The notes: generated from the sequence alone by a model not told the origin. DNA of 64,000 nt from Candidatus Poribacteria bacterium (GCA_965222225.1 CBDCTK010000002.1:1504001-1568000), one strand, 5' to 3'; positions 50,376 to 60,224 are shown, counted from the first letter of the stretch. A program made the numbers and translations.

Positions 50376-50852
50376 GTGTCCTTGAAGGAACTCATACCGC
50401 TACTGGCACTCGTCGTTACAAATCTGGTTGCAGTGGCGGGAATTGTCTATTATATGGCATCCGCGCTAGGCAAGCGAATAGACGATCTTGACAAGCGGAT
50501 AGACGATCTTGGCTCCAACATAAATGAGCGCTTCAGCGATGTGAACAATCGAATCGGCGATCTTGACAAGCGAATAGACGACCTTAGCTCCAACATGAAT
50601 GAGCGCTTCAGCGATGTGAACAACCGAATCGGCGATCTTGACAAGCGTATAGACGATCTTGGCTCCAACATGAATGAGCGCTTCAGCGATATGAACGCGA
50701 ATCTCAACGCGCGGTTCAGCGAAATCAATGCGAACATAAATGCGCGGGTCGACGACCTCCGATCACAGATGCACCGTGAACACGACAACCTCTCCCAAAA
50801 AATCGACGCCCACATCACGAATCAAGAAATCCATCAGACCCCGCGAGTTTGA
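50376..50852 (+). CDS. Membrane-anchored coiled-coil protein, paralogue 4
   Basis: Same N-terminus as paralogue 3, 25-aa repeats, C-terminus as paralogue 2. Confidence 0.85.
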   Translation: MSLKELIPLLALVVTNLVAVAGIVYYMASALGKRIDDLDKRIDDLGSNINERFSDVNNRIGDLDKRIDDLSSNMNERFSDVNNRIGDLDKRIDDLGSNMNERFSDMNANLNARFSEINANINARVDDLRSQMHREHDNLSQKIDAHITNQEIHQTPRV

Positions 50853-50867
50853 GGATAACCCGCCTAC

Positions 50868-51730
50868 GGGTGCGATCAAGCGAGTGGATAACGAGCGATC
50901 AAGGAAGCGAATAGCGACCGCGATAGAGATCTTCTAGGGAGCGCGATAGAACTCTTACCAGCCTTTTTCCCTATTTTGATATCCTGCCCCGCCGCTGCAT
51001 TTGCCCAACCCGCGTCGAAAGTCGCGATTCGCAGATGGAATCCACCAAGACTATCGCCTTCCTTATCCAGTCAGTTGATCCCCCAGCCTTTTTCCTTATT
51101 GATAGCCTGCCCCGCCGCTGCATTTGCCCAACCCGCGTCGAAAGTCGCGATTCGCAGATGGAATCCACCAAGACTATCGCCTTCCCTATCCAGTCAGTTG
51201 ATCCCACCAGCCTTTTTCCCTATTGATATCCTGCCCCGCCGCTGCATTTACCCAACCCGAATCGAAAGCCGCGATTCGCAGATGGAATCCACAAAGACTA
51301 TCGCCTTCCCTATCCAGTCAGTCGATCCCACCAGCCTTTTCGGCCGCTTGCTCCACCACGTTGTAGGGTGCGCACTGCGCACCAGCCTTTGGGGTTGATT
51401 CCACCATCCTTTGTAGGCAGAGCATCTTGCTCCGCCGCTGCATTTGCACAACCCGCGTCGAAAGCCGCGATTCGCAGATGGAATCCACCAAGACCATCGC
51501 CTTCCCTATCCAGTCAGTTGATCCCACCAGCCTTTTTCCTTGCCCGACCTACGGGTATGGGTAGGAACTACAGGGACTAAATGCCGGTGGACGATGCGCA
51601 CCCTACATATGACTCCACTACGTTCAACCGTTTTCTCCACTCTCCACTCCCCACTCTCCACTGTCTTTCCCACTCCCCACTAGCCACTGTTTCTAACCAC
51701 TCTCCACTCCCCACTAGTCACTGTTTTTCC
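50868..51730. repeat. REP mosaic with three tandem 124-bp units, a fourth unit and CCACT heptamer tract
   Basis: CCAGCC at 50958, 51083, 51207, 51331; heptamers 51635-51725. Confidence 0.9.
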
Positions 51731-51739
51731 CACTTGACC

Positions 51740-51768
51740 TTGACAAAGCACCAAAATAATTGTATACT
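51740..51768 (+). promoter_or_regulatory. Sigma70 promoter
   Basis: TTGACA-17-TATACT; spacer shares CACCAAAATA with the paralogue promoters. Confidence 0.75.
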
Positions 51769-51854
51769 AAACCCAATGCCATACAATATAAAGGCTTAAT
51801 ATATGTATGCCATCGCCATCTCCCCTGCCCCCGGGGGCAAAAAACATCAAAAAC

Positions 51855-51891
51855 TGTGACATTCTGTGATATTTTGTGACAATATGTGACA
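51855..51891 (+). promoter_or_regulatory. Four phased direct repeats (putative binding array)
   Basis: TGTGA(C/T)A at 51855, 51865, 51875, 51885. Confidence 0.65.
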
Positions 51892-51941
51892 ATCCGCGAA
51901 CAAAAACCCACAATCCCCACGCCCGCAAAGGACTATCCAAA

Positions 51942-52688
51942 ATGACGAAGAAACAAGAGAATCAACCGGTTGTAGGAATATCCGCAGACTCAAACCAACT
52001 CCACCTAACAGAGCAACAAGAACTGGCAATTGAACTTTGGGAGATGGGAGACTTCAAACAGATCGCCGCCGCTGTCGGCGTAACCCCGGAAGTCCTGAGG
52101 GACTGGGAAGATCAAAACATCTTCCGCGTTGCTCGCCTCAATAAAGGAGATAACTATGGAGCGAACATGGACGAACTGCAAGCCGTCGCCCTAACCTTAG
52201 ATAGCGTGTCATTCGCCGATGCAGAAGAGGTCCTTGAATTAGATGCGGGCACCATCGCCGATTGGGCGACAGACTCGGACTCCGTGTTCGCTTGCCTGCT
52301 CCGAGAGATGAAGGCCATATCCATGGAGCCTACTCATGCCGAATGGTGCGCCAAGCACGAAGCCGAAAACAAAGCGCTGAAAGACCAGCAGATGCTCGCC
52401 ATCCCCCACATCCTCGCCGGAAAGTCCGATGCCCAAGTCGCCGAAGCCGTGGGCGTCGCCAGAGAAACCGTTAACCGCTGGAGAAACCACGATGAAGACT
52501 TCATACAAGATGAGCTGTCCCAAAGCCGCGTCGCCCAAGTCAATGCCCGGGTAATCGCCCTCTCAAGCGTCAACGCCAAGGCTATCGAGGTCATGGAGGA
52601 ACTCCTCGACAGCGATGACGAACAAATCCGGATGCGCGCCGCCATGCACCTTCTCAAAACCGTCCCCCTCACCCACAAAAATCAGTAG
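51942..52688 (+). CDS. Multi-HTH protein (phBC6A51/terminase-small-subunit-like homeodomains)
   Basis: RBS AAGGA; QIAAAVGVTPEVLRDW, AEEVLELDAGTIADW, QVAEAVGVARETVNRW; LLDSDDEQIRMRAA. Confidence 0.75.
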   Translation: MTKKQENQPVVGISADSNQLHLTEQQELAIELWEMGDFKQIAAAVGVTPEVLRDWEDQNIFRVARLNKGDNYGANMDELQAVALTLDSVSFADAEEVLELDAGTIADWATDSDSVFACLLREMKAISMEPTHAEWCAKHEAENKALKDQQMLAIPHILAGKSDAQVAEAVGVARETVNRWRNHDEDFIQDELSQSRVAQVNARVIALSSVNAKAIEVMEELLDSDDEQIRMRAAMHLLKTVPLTHKNQ

Positions 52689-52714
52689 CCGGCATACGCC
52701 GTATGCCTTGCATA

Positions 52715-52840
52715 CCTCAACCGACTGAATACTATATGTAGTACTATATGTAGGGTGCGCATTGCGCACCAGCCTTTTTCCTTGCACCAGCCTTTTTCCC
52801 TATTGATATCCTGCCCCGCCGCTGCATTTGCACAACCCTC
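52715..52840 (+). repeat. REP and partial composite unit
   Basis: GTAGGGTGCGCATTGCGCACC then CCCTATTGATATCCTGCCCCGCCGCTGCATTTGC. Confidence 0.8.
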
Positions 52841-53210
52841 GTTCGTTCGCCGCGCCCGTTTTACGTAACCGCCGCGCACCCCAAAAACACGGAGCGCACA
52901 TTAGCGCACTTTGGCGCACACGCCGCCATCCCGTTCAAACCCGCGCCGTTACGGGTTTCGCGCCCCGAATCGGCGCCGGAACCTAGCGTGCGCTCCCATT
53001 CCTCAATCACCGCCTCTAAATCATGGTAATCCCTCAGCCACACGACAATATCGCCACTAACTACTCTCCACTCCCCACTCTCCCCTGTCTTTCTCACTGT
53101 TTTTTGAAACCCCCAAATCCCGCTCTTCGTTTTTTTCTTTGCAACGAAATGTCCGTCAAGAGTCCCGTCATCCGATTCTCCGATCCATCAAAATAATCGA
53201 AAAAAAACTC

Positions 53211-53239
53211 TTGACAAATTTCCGAATCTGTTATATTAT
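53211..53239 (+). promoter_or_regulatory. Sigma70 promoter with A-rich upstream tract
   Basis: TTGACA-17-TATTAT about 320 nt before ATG 53558. Confidence 0.7.
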
Positions 53240-53557
53240 ACTCACAAGTTGTGGTCTTGATGCGTCACGACTGTATCCTTCGATCACGGCTTCATCATAA
53301 TCTAATACGCTCCAAACCGTGGAAAACCCCGCGGAAACCGGAGCAAATACAACTTCCCATTTTTCATGCAACATTCAGTGTGAGGGGTAGTCCCTCAAAC
53401 GAGGTTCCGCATCTTAAAGGAATCTTGTCGATTCTCTTTTATTTCGAAAGGAAAACTACCAATTATGGATAGTTCGATTCAGTCTTGTGAAACTCGCAAG
53501 AACGACAAACCCAAATTGAATGCTACAGCTAACACAAAACCCAGGAGGTATAATAAA

Positions 53558-56500
53558 ATGATGTGTAGCAATTGGAAAATTAGCGTATTCGGTATCGTCG
53601 CGCTCATGCTAGCCTTCGGGCTTGCCACGACCGATGCCTTGGCACAGACAGAATACAGTCCCGTAACGGTAGAAGTTACTGCCCGGTCCAGCGGGGACAG
53701 CCCTGTCATCATCAACGCTTTGAGAGCAGCCGATGTGGTGGACATTACGTTTGTAATTAACACAACAGCTATCGCTACGGCAGATCCCACCGGCACGATT
53801 ACCATCACGATTCCCTCCGGATGGTCCCGCGCGTTCATGACCAGCGATACGCTCGATACGCTAGAGCCGGCTCGGGATCAGCGGGCGGGCGCTATTATAG
53901 CATTCGACAGCGCCGATACTAACGCTGATGACGCTGATGACATTACGCTTGACGCCCGTGGCAATCGACTGATTGCCACTGTCAAAAAGGATGTAATCGG
54001 TAGTACAATTACCTGGCACTATCGCAACGTAAAGCTTCCGGCTAGCGCCAGCACCTACGCCTTCGGAGTGCATTCGACGATACACGGAGGCTTGCCTCGC
54101 CTCGATCCGAGCACTATCATCGGTGACGTGGTTAGTAGAACCGAGACGACGAAAGGCGATGGCCGTAACATCGTGCTTGCTGTCGGCTCGGTGGCGAACG
54201 GCATGGGAAAATTCGTGTTGACCAGTCCATCGTTTCCTAAGGGGAATGATAAGTACAAATCCGGCGAAGGTGAAACTTCAACATATAATTACGAAAAACA
54301 CAATCTGGTGTATGCAGGGCAGGCACTGGGGAATTTGGTGTTTACCTTCACCGCCGCCGGAACAATGTATAAGGGTTCCACAGTCACGCTCGTCCTGCCG
54401 GGCGGCACTCTCGCGGAAGGAACTACTGTCAATACCCTGCCAATATGGATTGACCCCGAGAAACCTTTGCGAAACGAGAACAATGACGGCGTAGCCGACC
54501 AGAACGAGGTGAGCGTGAGCGGAGCGGATATTGACGATGCCCTTACGACAGAGTCTACGGTGACAGCCAAACTTGGAGCCACCAGGCAAGCCGGTCATCC
54601 GATTAGGTTTACCGTCAAGAACGTAAAGGCGCCCAAAGTTGAAGGCATCACCCAGGTGACCGCAGCGTTTGTCGCCCAAATGAATTCGCTAGTAGCCGTG
54701 GACGGTGATGATGCCGGTACCGCCGCCAAAGTCGGAGATACGGTCTACTTCACCGTGTATGGGACACACGGAGACAACAGCCACAAGGTGGCAGTTGACG
54801 ACCTCTCCATGAGTCGAACAGGAGATGCCGAGGCCAACCTGATGTTGACATTCACCTCCGGGGGCGTGATGTTAGAAGGCTCCGTGGTCGAAATCATGGT
54901 GCCTGCCGGTTGGATGCCATCGCCCTACATCAACATAATAGGTGATACCAATCCCGCCGGACACGTGGCTGTAGAGAGCGACGGTGGCGCCCTCTCGATG
55001 GTTAAGGTCTCCAACCGGAGTATCATAATTACCCTCGCGAGCAAATTGGCTAAAGACAGTACGCTTACCGCCACCTATTACGCCGCCAAAGCCCCCAAGA
55101 CGCAGCGAAGCTATACCTTCTCTTCAAAGGCGAGTTCCCATAAACAGGCAACCCCGATGCCAATCACCAGCCCGACGATTAGCGTTATCACCGGGCACGG
55201 CAGCGGAACCATCGCCTTGAACCGAGGCGGCGCCGCCTTTGCGCGGGCGACGAGGAAAACCAACGTCGGCACGCTTACGTTCATCTATTCCCCTGCCGGG
55301 CTTATGCCGACGGGTTCGGTGATTCGAATTAGTTGGCCCAACAACTGGTCGGCGCCGCGAAACGACAACGCCGATGGCAGACACGACGAAGGCGAGATCC
55401 TGGTGTCCCCCGCCGACAAAGCGACGCTTGTGCTTACGCGAGGCACCGGTACCGACATGCACACGGCGAGCATAACCACCACGAAGACGCTGATGGCAAG
55501 TGACCGCATAACGGTCGCCTACCGCAACGTCATGGTTCCCGACGTGGACCCGCGTTCCGACGTGTTCGAGACGAGAGTGCTCTCGGGGACCGGGGATATT
55601 GCCCTCCCCGGCGCCAGGCTCGACTCCAGCCCGGTGGTCGGCATCGGGCAAGCCCCGGACGGCTCCGGAAGCATCATGGCGAGCATCAACGAAGCGGACG
55701 CCGGCTCGAAGGTTGACATGATCGACTTCACCTATACCGCGGGCGGATCGATGTCCATCGGCGCCCAGGTGCTGATTGTCGTACCGGAGGGCTGGTCGGT
55801 GCCGATACTTGAGAACAACGATGGCGTGACTGACACCGGCGAGACCACGGCGACAGGCGCGGGCGCGCCGGCACTCGCTATTAGCGGCAACATGTTGACC
55901 GTTACACTTGGCGCCCCCTTGAGCAGCGGCGAGCAGTTCAAGATTACCTACAAGAACGCCATGGCGCCGGGGGCGGGCGGCTCCTACATCTTCGGCGCGA
56001 AGTCAAGCGTGAGATCCGGCGGAACGCTTACGGCGCTTTCGCAGAGCCCGACCATCACCGTGTCCCAAGTGGCGTCCGGCTCTATTGCGCTGACATCAGC
56101 CAGCGGTCCGTTGACCTCCGCCGCTCCCGACGTGGACCTCGGAAACTTGGTGTTTACCTTCGCCGCAGGCACGCAGATGCAGCCCGGGGCGCAGGTGATA
56201 ATCACCATTCCTCTAGGTTGGACGCTCCCCTTTGTCGACAACGACGACGGCGTTGACACCGCCGGCGAGGTGTCGTTGACCGGCATGGCGGATCTCAGCG
56301 TGTCCGGAGGCGGCTCGCAACCCTGGAGGTTGAGCGCCACCGCGACCGGTACGCTGGAAGCCGGCAATACGCTGACATTTACCTACAAGACGGTGACCGC
56401 GCCTTCGGCGGAAGCCACCTACCTGTTCATGACGGAGGCGTCCATCAGCGCCGGCGCAACGACCCTCCCGCTTTCAGTTCAGCCGAAGGTGATTGTCCGA

Positions 56501-58948
56501 GCGTCGGTCGCCGCCATTGCCGCTCATGCCATGCCGACCAAGGTATTTGTTGGCGATGACATAGCTGTCACCGTCGACCTCTGGAGCGCCGCTGGCGAAC
56601 TCGCCAAGGCATTGGGCGATAGGGTTGTCATGCTGTCCAGTTCGTCTGAAACCGCCAGCTTTACCGATGCCGATGGGAATGCGATTACCTCAATCACCAT
56701 TGCGGACAACACCTCGTCGGCGTCTGCCACTTACGGTGATTCCACCGCTGGCATGGCAACGATAACCGCTACCTCCGGCGAAATGACCTCCTCCGTGGAT
56801 GTCGAGGTCAAGTCTACTATACGCGATCTGGTGGTCGATGTGCCGATCGCAAGGCAGGGTTCCACGTTTACGGTCTCTGCAACCGGTAAAGGCGGCGGGG
56901 GTACCGTGACGCTTCTGGATTCCGAGGGCGAAAAAGTGGGAACGAAGAAAGCACTTGATCCGATCGGCGACGTTGATCCCGATGGCGATCAGGAGTACTC
57001 CCGTTCCGTTACGCTGCCTGCGGTGCTTGAGGATGGCATGTATACCGTAAGCGTCGAAATTCAGGGGGATGTCAATAACGAGTTGACGGTTCAGGTGTTG
57101 AACGACCAGACGCCCCCGACCATCAGCGACGCCGATGCGTCTGAGGCAGTGGTTGTCAACGGCGATACACTCACTCTCTCCGCTGATGTCGCCATGAACG
57201 AATCGATGGTTGCCATTGCTTCGGTTATCGCGGATATCGGCGGGCTGGATTCCACGCAAACCACGGTGGCGTTGGACGAACTTTCGAGTTCGCCCGGCAA
57301 ATACTTCACCATCATCACGGTTGACGATGCCAATGAAGCGGAAGACGGTGAGTACACCATCACCATCACCGCGACCGATGCCATCGGCAACACGGGATCA
57401 GACACGGTCATGGTCACCTTGGAGAACGATCCGAGCGAGCTGAATTCTGCCGAGGTTACTCCGGCAAGCGGCAAGCCCGGCGAAACTATCTGGATTAAGG
57501 CGACCGGTTCCGAGGGCGGAAGCCCCGAAGCCACCGTCAATAATTCCGACAGCGGAATGATGATTGCTCAGGTGACGCTCGAAGAGGAAGAGGGTAACGC
57601 CGGAAATTACGTTGCCGGACTCATGATTGTTGAGGACGCGCACCCGGTCGGTGTCTACGATGTCACCGTAACCCTCGGTACGAAGATGATGACGCTTTCC
57701 GGCGCCTTGACAATCGTTCCTCCGGGATACGAGTTCACCCTCGATATTCCGGCAGGTCGCAGCATGATCCACATTCCGCTCGCCGTTGCTCAGGTGAACG
57801 GCGTGGACATGGAAATCAACACCGTCCGAGACGTGTTCAGTGCGTTGGGCGATGCTGTCGGCTTCATTACCACGCTTGCCGACGATGGCGTCACCTTTAA
57901 TAGTTACCTTGGTGACGACGCACCCGGCAGCGCCTTCGGCGATACGGCTATCGGTGACGATACCGGCCTGATTGTGAATATGACGTCCGCCATGACGCTT
58001 GCCCTCAAGGGCGATGCGCTAGGGAGCGGCGGGTCAGCCACGATGAACCTGCGCGCTGGGCTGAATCTCGTCGGCGTGCCGCTGCAAACCGGCATTTTGC
58101 CGACGCTCAGCGCTGCGATTAATCACCCGGTTTTCGCCGGGATCACGCACATTGTGATCATGGACGAAAACGGGCAATTCCAGAACGTCCTCGCAGGCAC
58201 CGCTACGGACGGCCCTCTCATGGGTGGCACGGGTTATTTTGTCATCGCGAGCGCGGCGTTAGCGTTGCCGGTATCTGGTGTTGCGTGGGAGAACGATGGC
58301 GGCAGCGGCAGCAGCGCTGCTCCGGTCGTACTCAACGCGTCAACAACCTCGGTACTGCATGTGCAGGGTAGACTGATTGACGAAGTCGGCATGATGTCGC
58401 TTGACGGTTTGAACGTCTCCTTCAAGAACCTGTCCAGCGGCACCGTTCTCGGCAGCACCGTCGCAACGGATGACTACAGCATGACCTTCGTGAAAATCGA
58501 TACGACCGCCGCGAAGGTTGGCGATATCCTTGAGATAAACGCCGACTCCGGGAATCCGCTGCTCGGTGTCCGTCCGGTACAGCATGTTGTGACCGCTGCG
58601 GATGTGCTCAACGGCAGTATCAGCCTGCCCGACCTCGTGTCCTACGAGATTCCGGCGCAGTCCGAACTGCTGGCTAACTATCCGAACCCGTTCAATCCTG
58701 AAACATGGATTCCGTACCGTCTAGCTGAAGACGCCAGTGTCTCCGTGACCATCTACGGAGCGTCCGGCAGCCTCGTCCGCACCATCGACGTTGGCTTCAC
58801 GCCGGCGGCTGTCTACGAAGGACGTTCGGACGCCATCTACTGGGATGGCCGGAACAACTTCGGTGAGCAGGTCTCTAGCGGTATCTACTTCTATCACCTG
58901 AACGCGGGCGACTTCTCAGCCACTCGCAAGATGGTAATCGTGAAGTAG
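53558..58948 (+). CDS. ~1800-aa secreted beta-rich repeat protein with C-terminal T9SS-type-A/FlgD-Ig-like sorting domain
   Basis: RBS AGGAGGT; signal peptide; repeated FT..A.G.M..G..V.I..P.GW..P..DN.DG...GE modules; NYPNPFNPETWIPY...YWDGRN..GE.VSSGIYFY...RKMVIVK. Confidence 0.9.
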   Translation: MMCSNWKISVFGIVALMLAFGLATTDALAQTEYSPVTVEVTARSSGDSPVIINALRAADVVDITFVINTTAIATADPTGTITITIPSGWSRAFMTSDTLDTLEPARDQRAGAIIAFDSADTNADDADDITLDARGNRLIATVKKDVIGSTITWHYRNVKLPASASTYAFGVHSTIHGGLPRLDPSTIIGDVVSRTETTKGDGRNIVLAVGSVANGMGKFVLTSPSFPKGNDKYKSGEGETSTYNYEKHNLVYAGQALGNLVFTFTAAGTMYKGSTVTLVLPGGTLAEGTTVNTLPIWIDPEKPLRNENNDGVADQNEVSVSGADIDDALTTESTVTAKLGATRQAGHPIRFTVKNVKAPKVEGITQVTAAFVAQMNSLVAVDGDDAGTAAKVGDTVYFTVYGTHGDNSHKVAVDDLSMSRTGDAEANLMLTFTSGGVMLEGSVVEIMVPAGWMPSPYINIIGDTNPAGHVAVESDGGALSMVKVSNRSIIITLASKLAKDSTLTATYYAAKAPKTQRSYTFSSKASSHKQATPMPITSPTISVITGHGSGTIALNRGGAAFARATRKTNVGTLTFIYSPAGLMPTGSVIRISWPNNWSAPRNDNADGRHDEGEILVSPADKATLVLTRGTGTDMHTASITTTKTLMASDRITVAYRNVMVPDVDPRSDVFETRVLSGTGDIALPGARLDSSPVVGIGQAPDGSGSIMASINEADAGSKVDMIDFTYTAGGSMSIGAQVLIVVPEGWSVPILENNDGVTDTGETTATGAGAPALAISGNMLTVTLGAPLSSGEQFKITYKNAMAPGAGGSYIFGAKSSVRSGGTLTALSQSPTITVSQVASGSIALTSASGPLTSAAPDVDLGNLVFTFAAGTQMQPGAQVIITIPLGWTLPFVDNDDGVDTAGEVSLTGMADLSVSGGGSQPWRLSATATGTLEAGNTLTFTYKTVTAPSAEATYLFMTEASISAGATTLPLSVQPKVIVRASVAAIAAHAMPTKVFVGDDIAVTVDLWSAAGELAKALGDRVVMLSSSSETASFTDADGNAITSITIADNTSSASATYGDSTAGMATITATSGEMTSSVDVEVKSTIRDLVVDVPIARQGSTFTVSATGKGGGGTVTLLDSEGEKVGTKKALDPIGDVDPDGDQEYSRSVTLPAVLEDGMYTVSVEIQGDVNNELTVQVLNDQTPPTISDADASEAVVVNGDTLTLSADVAMNESMVAIASVIADIGGLDSTQTTVALDELSSSPGKYFTIITVDDANEAEDGEYTITITATDAIGNTGSDTVMVTLENDPSELNSAEVTPASGKPGETIWIKATGSEGGSPEATVNNSDSGMMIAQVTLEEEEGNAGNYVAGLMIVEDAHPVGVYDVTVTLGTKMMTLSGALTIVPPGYEFTLDIPAGRSMIHIPLAVAQVNGVDMEINTVRDVFSALGDAVGFITTLADDGVTFNSYLGDDAPGSAFGDTAIGDDTGLIVNMTSAMTLALKGDALGSGGSATMNLRAGLNLVGVPLQTGILPTLSAAINHPVFAGITHIVIMDENGQFQNVLAGTATDGPLMGGTGYFVIASAALALPVSGVAWENDGGSGSSAAPVVLNASTTSVLHVQGRLIDEVGMMSLDGLNVSFKNLSSGTVLGSTVATDDYSMTFVKIDTTAAKVGDILEINADSGNPLLGVRPVQHVVTAADVLNGSISLPDLVSYEIPAQSELLANYPNPFNPETWIPYRLAEDASVSVTIYGASGSLVRTIDVGFTPAAVYEGRSDAIYWDGRNNFGEQVSSGIYFYHLNAGDFSATRKMVIVK

Positions 58949-58967
58949 GTCTAGCCTGTGCTAAACC

Positions 58968-59025
58968 AATTAGCTGCTAGGCGCTTGGCGAAAACATCGT
59001 TGTTGCGCTTAGCAGCTAATTTTTT
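58968..59025 (+). terminator. Intrinsic terminator
   Basis: 17-bp stem AATTAGCTGCTAGGCGC/GCGCTTAGCAGCTAATT, 20-nt loop, T run. Confidence 0.75.
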
Positions 59026-59119
59026 GTAGAGTCCCTGCTACTGCTCGGTCTGGATTGCCAAATCCAGACCGGTGCCAACTTTCTAACCTTCGAGCCTTCC
59101 GCCCTTGCTAATAATCAAA

Positions 59120-59148
59120 TTGAAATCAAATACAAACCGTGCTATAAT
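59120..59148 (+). promoter_or_regulatory. Sigma70 promoter with extended -10
   Basis: TTGAAA-17-TATAAT preceded by TGC. Confidence 0.7.
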
Positions 59149-59189
59149 AAATCCCAATCACCAAACTGTTTGTCGGGTGCACACTGCTT

Positions 59190-60185
59190 GTAGGGTGCGC
59201 ACTGCGCACCAGCCTTTTTCCTTATTGCGCATTCCTTATGCCGCAACAAAAATCACTGCCTCATAACACCATAACTCATCTTCAACTGTGTTTATCTTCT
59301 CTTGGGCGGGTACACACAATCGCGCATCTCAATGTAGGGTGGGCACCGCCCACCAGCCTTTTTCCCTATGGCGCATTTCCTTATGCCTCAACAAACATCA
59401 CTGCCTCATAACATCATAAACGTTGACACCTCGTGTTTATCTTCTTTATGGATACAATTTCAACAATCACCTGTCTTAATGATGGCGGTTACACAATCCC
59501 GCATCTCAATGTAGGGTGGGCACTGCCCACCAGCCTTTTTCCTTATGGCGCATTCCTTATGGCGCAACAAACATCACTGCCTCATAACATCATAAACGTT
59601 GACACATCGTGTTTATCTTCTTTATGGATACAATTTCAACAATCACCTGTCTTAATGATGGCGGTTACACAATCCCGCATCTCAATGTAGGGTGGGCACC
59701 GCCCACCAGCCTTTTTCCTTATGGCGCATTCCTTATGGCGCAACAAACATCACTGCCTCATAACATCATAAACGTTGACACATCGTGTTTATCTTCTTTT
59801 GGATACAATTTCGACAATCACTTGTCTTTACGATAGCGGTTACACAATCCCGCATCTCAATGTAGGGTGGGCACCGCCCACCAGCCTTTTTCCTTATGCC
59901 TCTACAAACATCACTGCCTCATAACATCATAAACGTTGACACATCGTGTTTTTTTTCTTTTGGATACAATTTCAACAATCACCTGTCTTAATGATGGCGG
60001 GATCAAGCGACCGAATAGGGAGTGCGATAGCCGTTTTGTCGAATCATCGGTTCCGACGGCCTCATAACATCATAAATCTTCACACCTCGTGTTTATCTTC
60101 TTTACTTTCAGCTTATGTTTGTTTTTTGTCTATGTTTTAGGACTTTAAATTGGCTTTGTAGGGTGCGCACCGCGCACCAGCCTTT
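59190..60185 (+). repeat. Tandem array of ~176-bp REP-headed units
   Basis: GTAG REPs at 59190, 59334, 59511, 59687, 59862, 60158; near-identical unit bodies. Confidence 0.95.
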
Positions 60186-60224
60186 ACTTACTGTACGTTT
60201 TTTTGGAGGTTAAATATTAAAGTT

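Noticed and set aside
46394-50852. Diversity-generating retroelement
   Set aside because: No reverse transcriptase; differences are repeat number and end swaps, not adenine-specific
41974-51580. Recurring short ORFs (ESRDSQMESTKTIA-type) in repeat clusters
   Set aside because: Translations of repeat DNA in inconsistent frames, no RBS
53315-53410. c-di-GMP-I riboswitch in the long leader (also considered 6185-6225)
   Set aside because: Only partial motif resemblance; the required stems could not be built; needs an Infernal search
9458-60030. Integron attC cassette array
   Set aside because: No integrase, no RYYYAAC/GTTRRRY boxes, repeats lie between housekeeping genes in both orientations
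59190-60185. CRISPR-like leader plus array
   Set aside because: Sequence between palindromes is near-identical rather than unique
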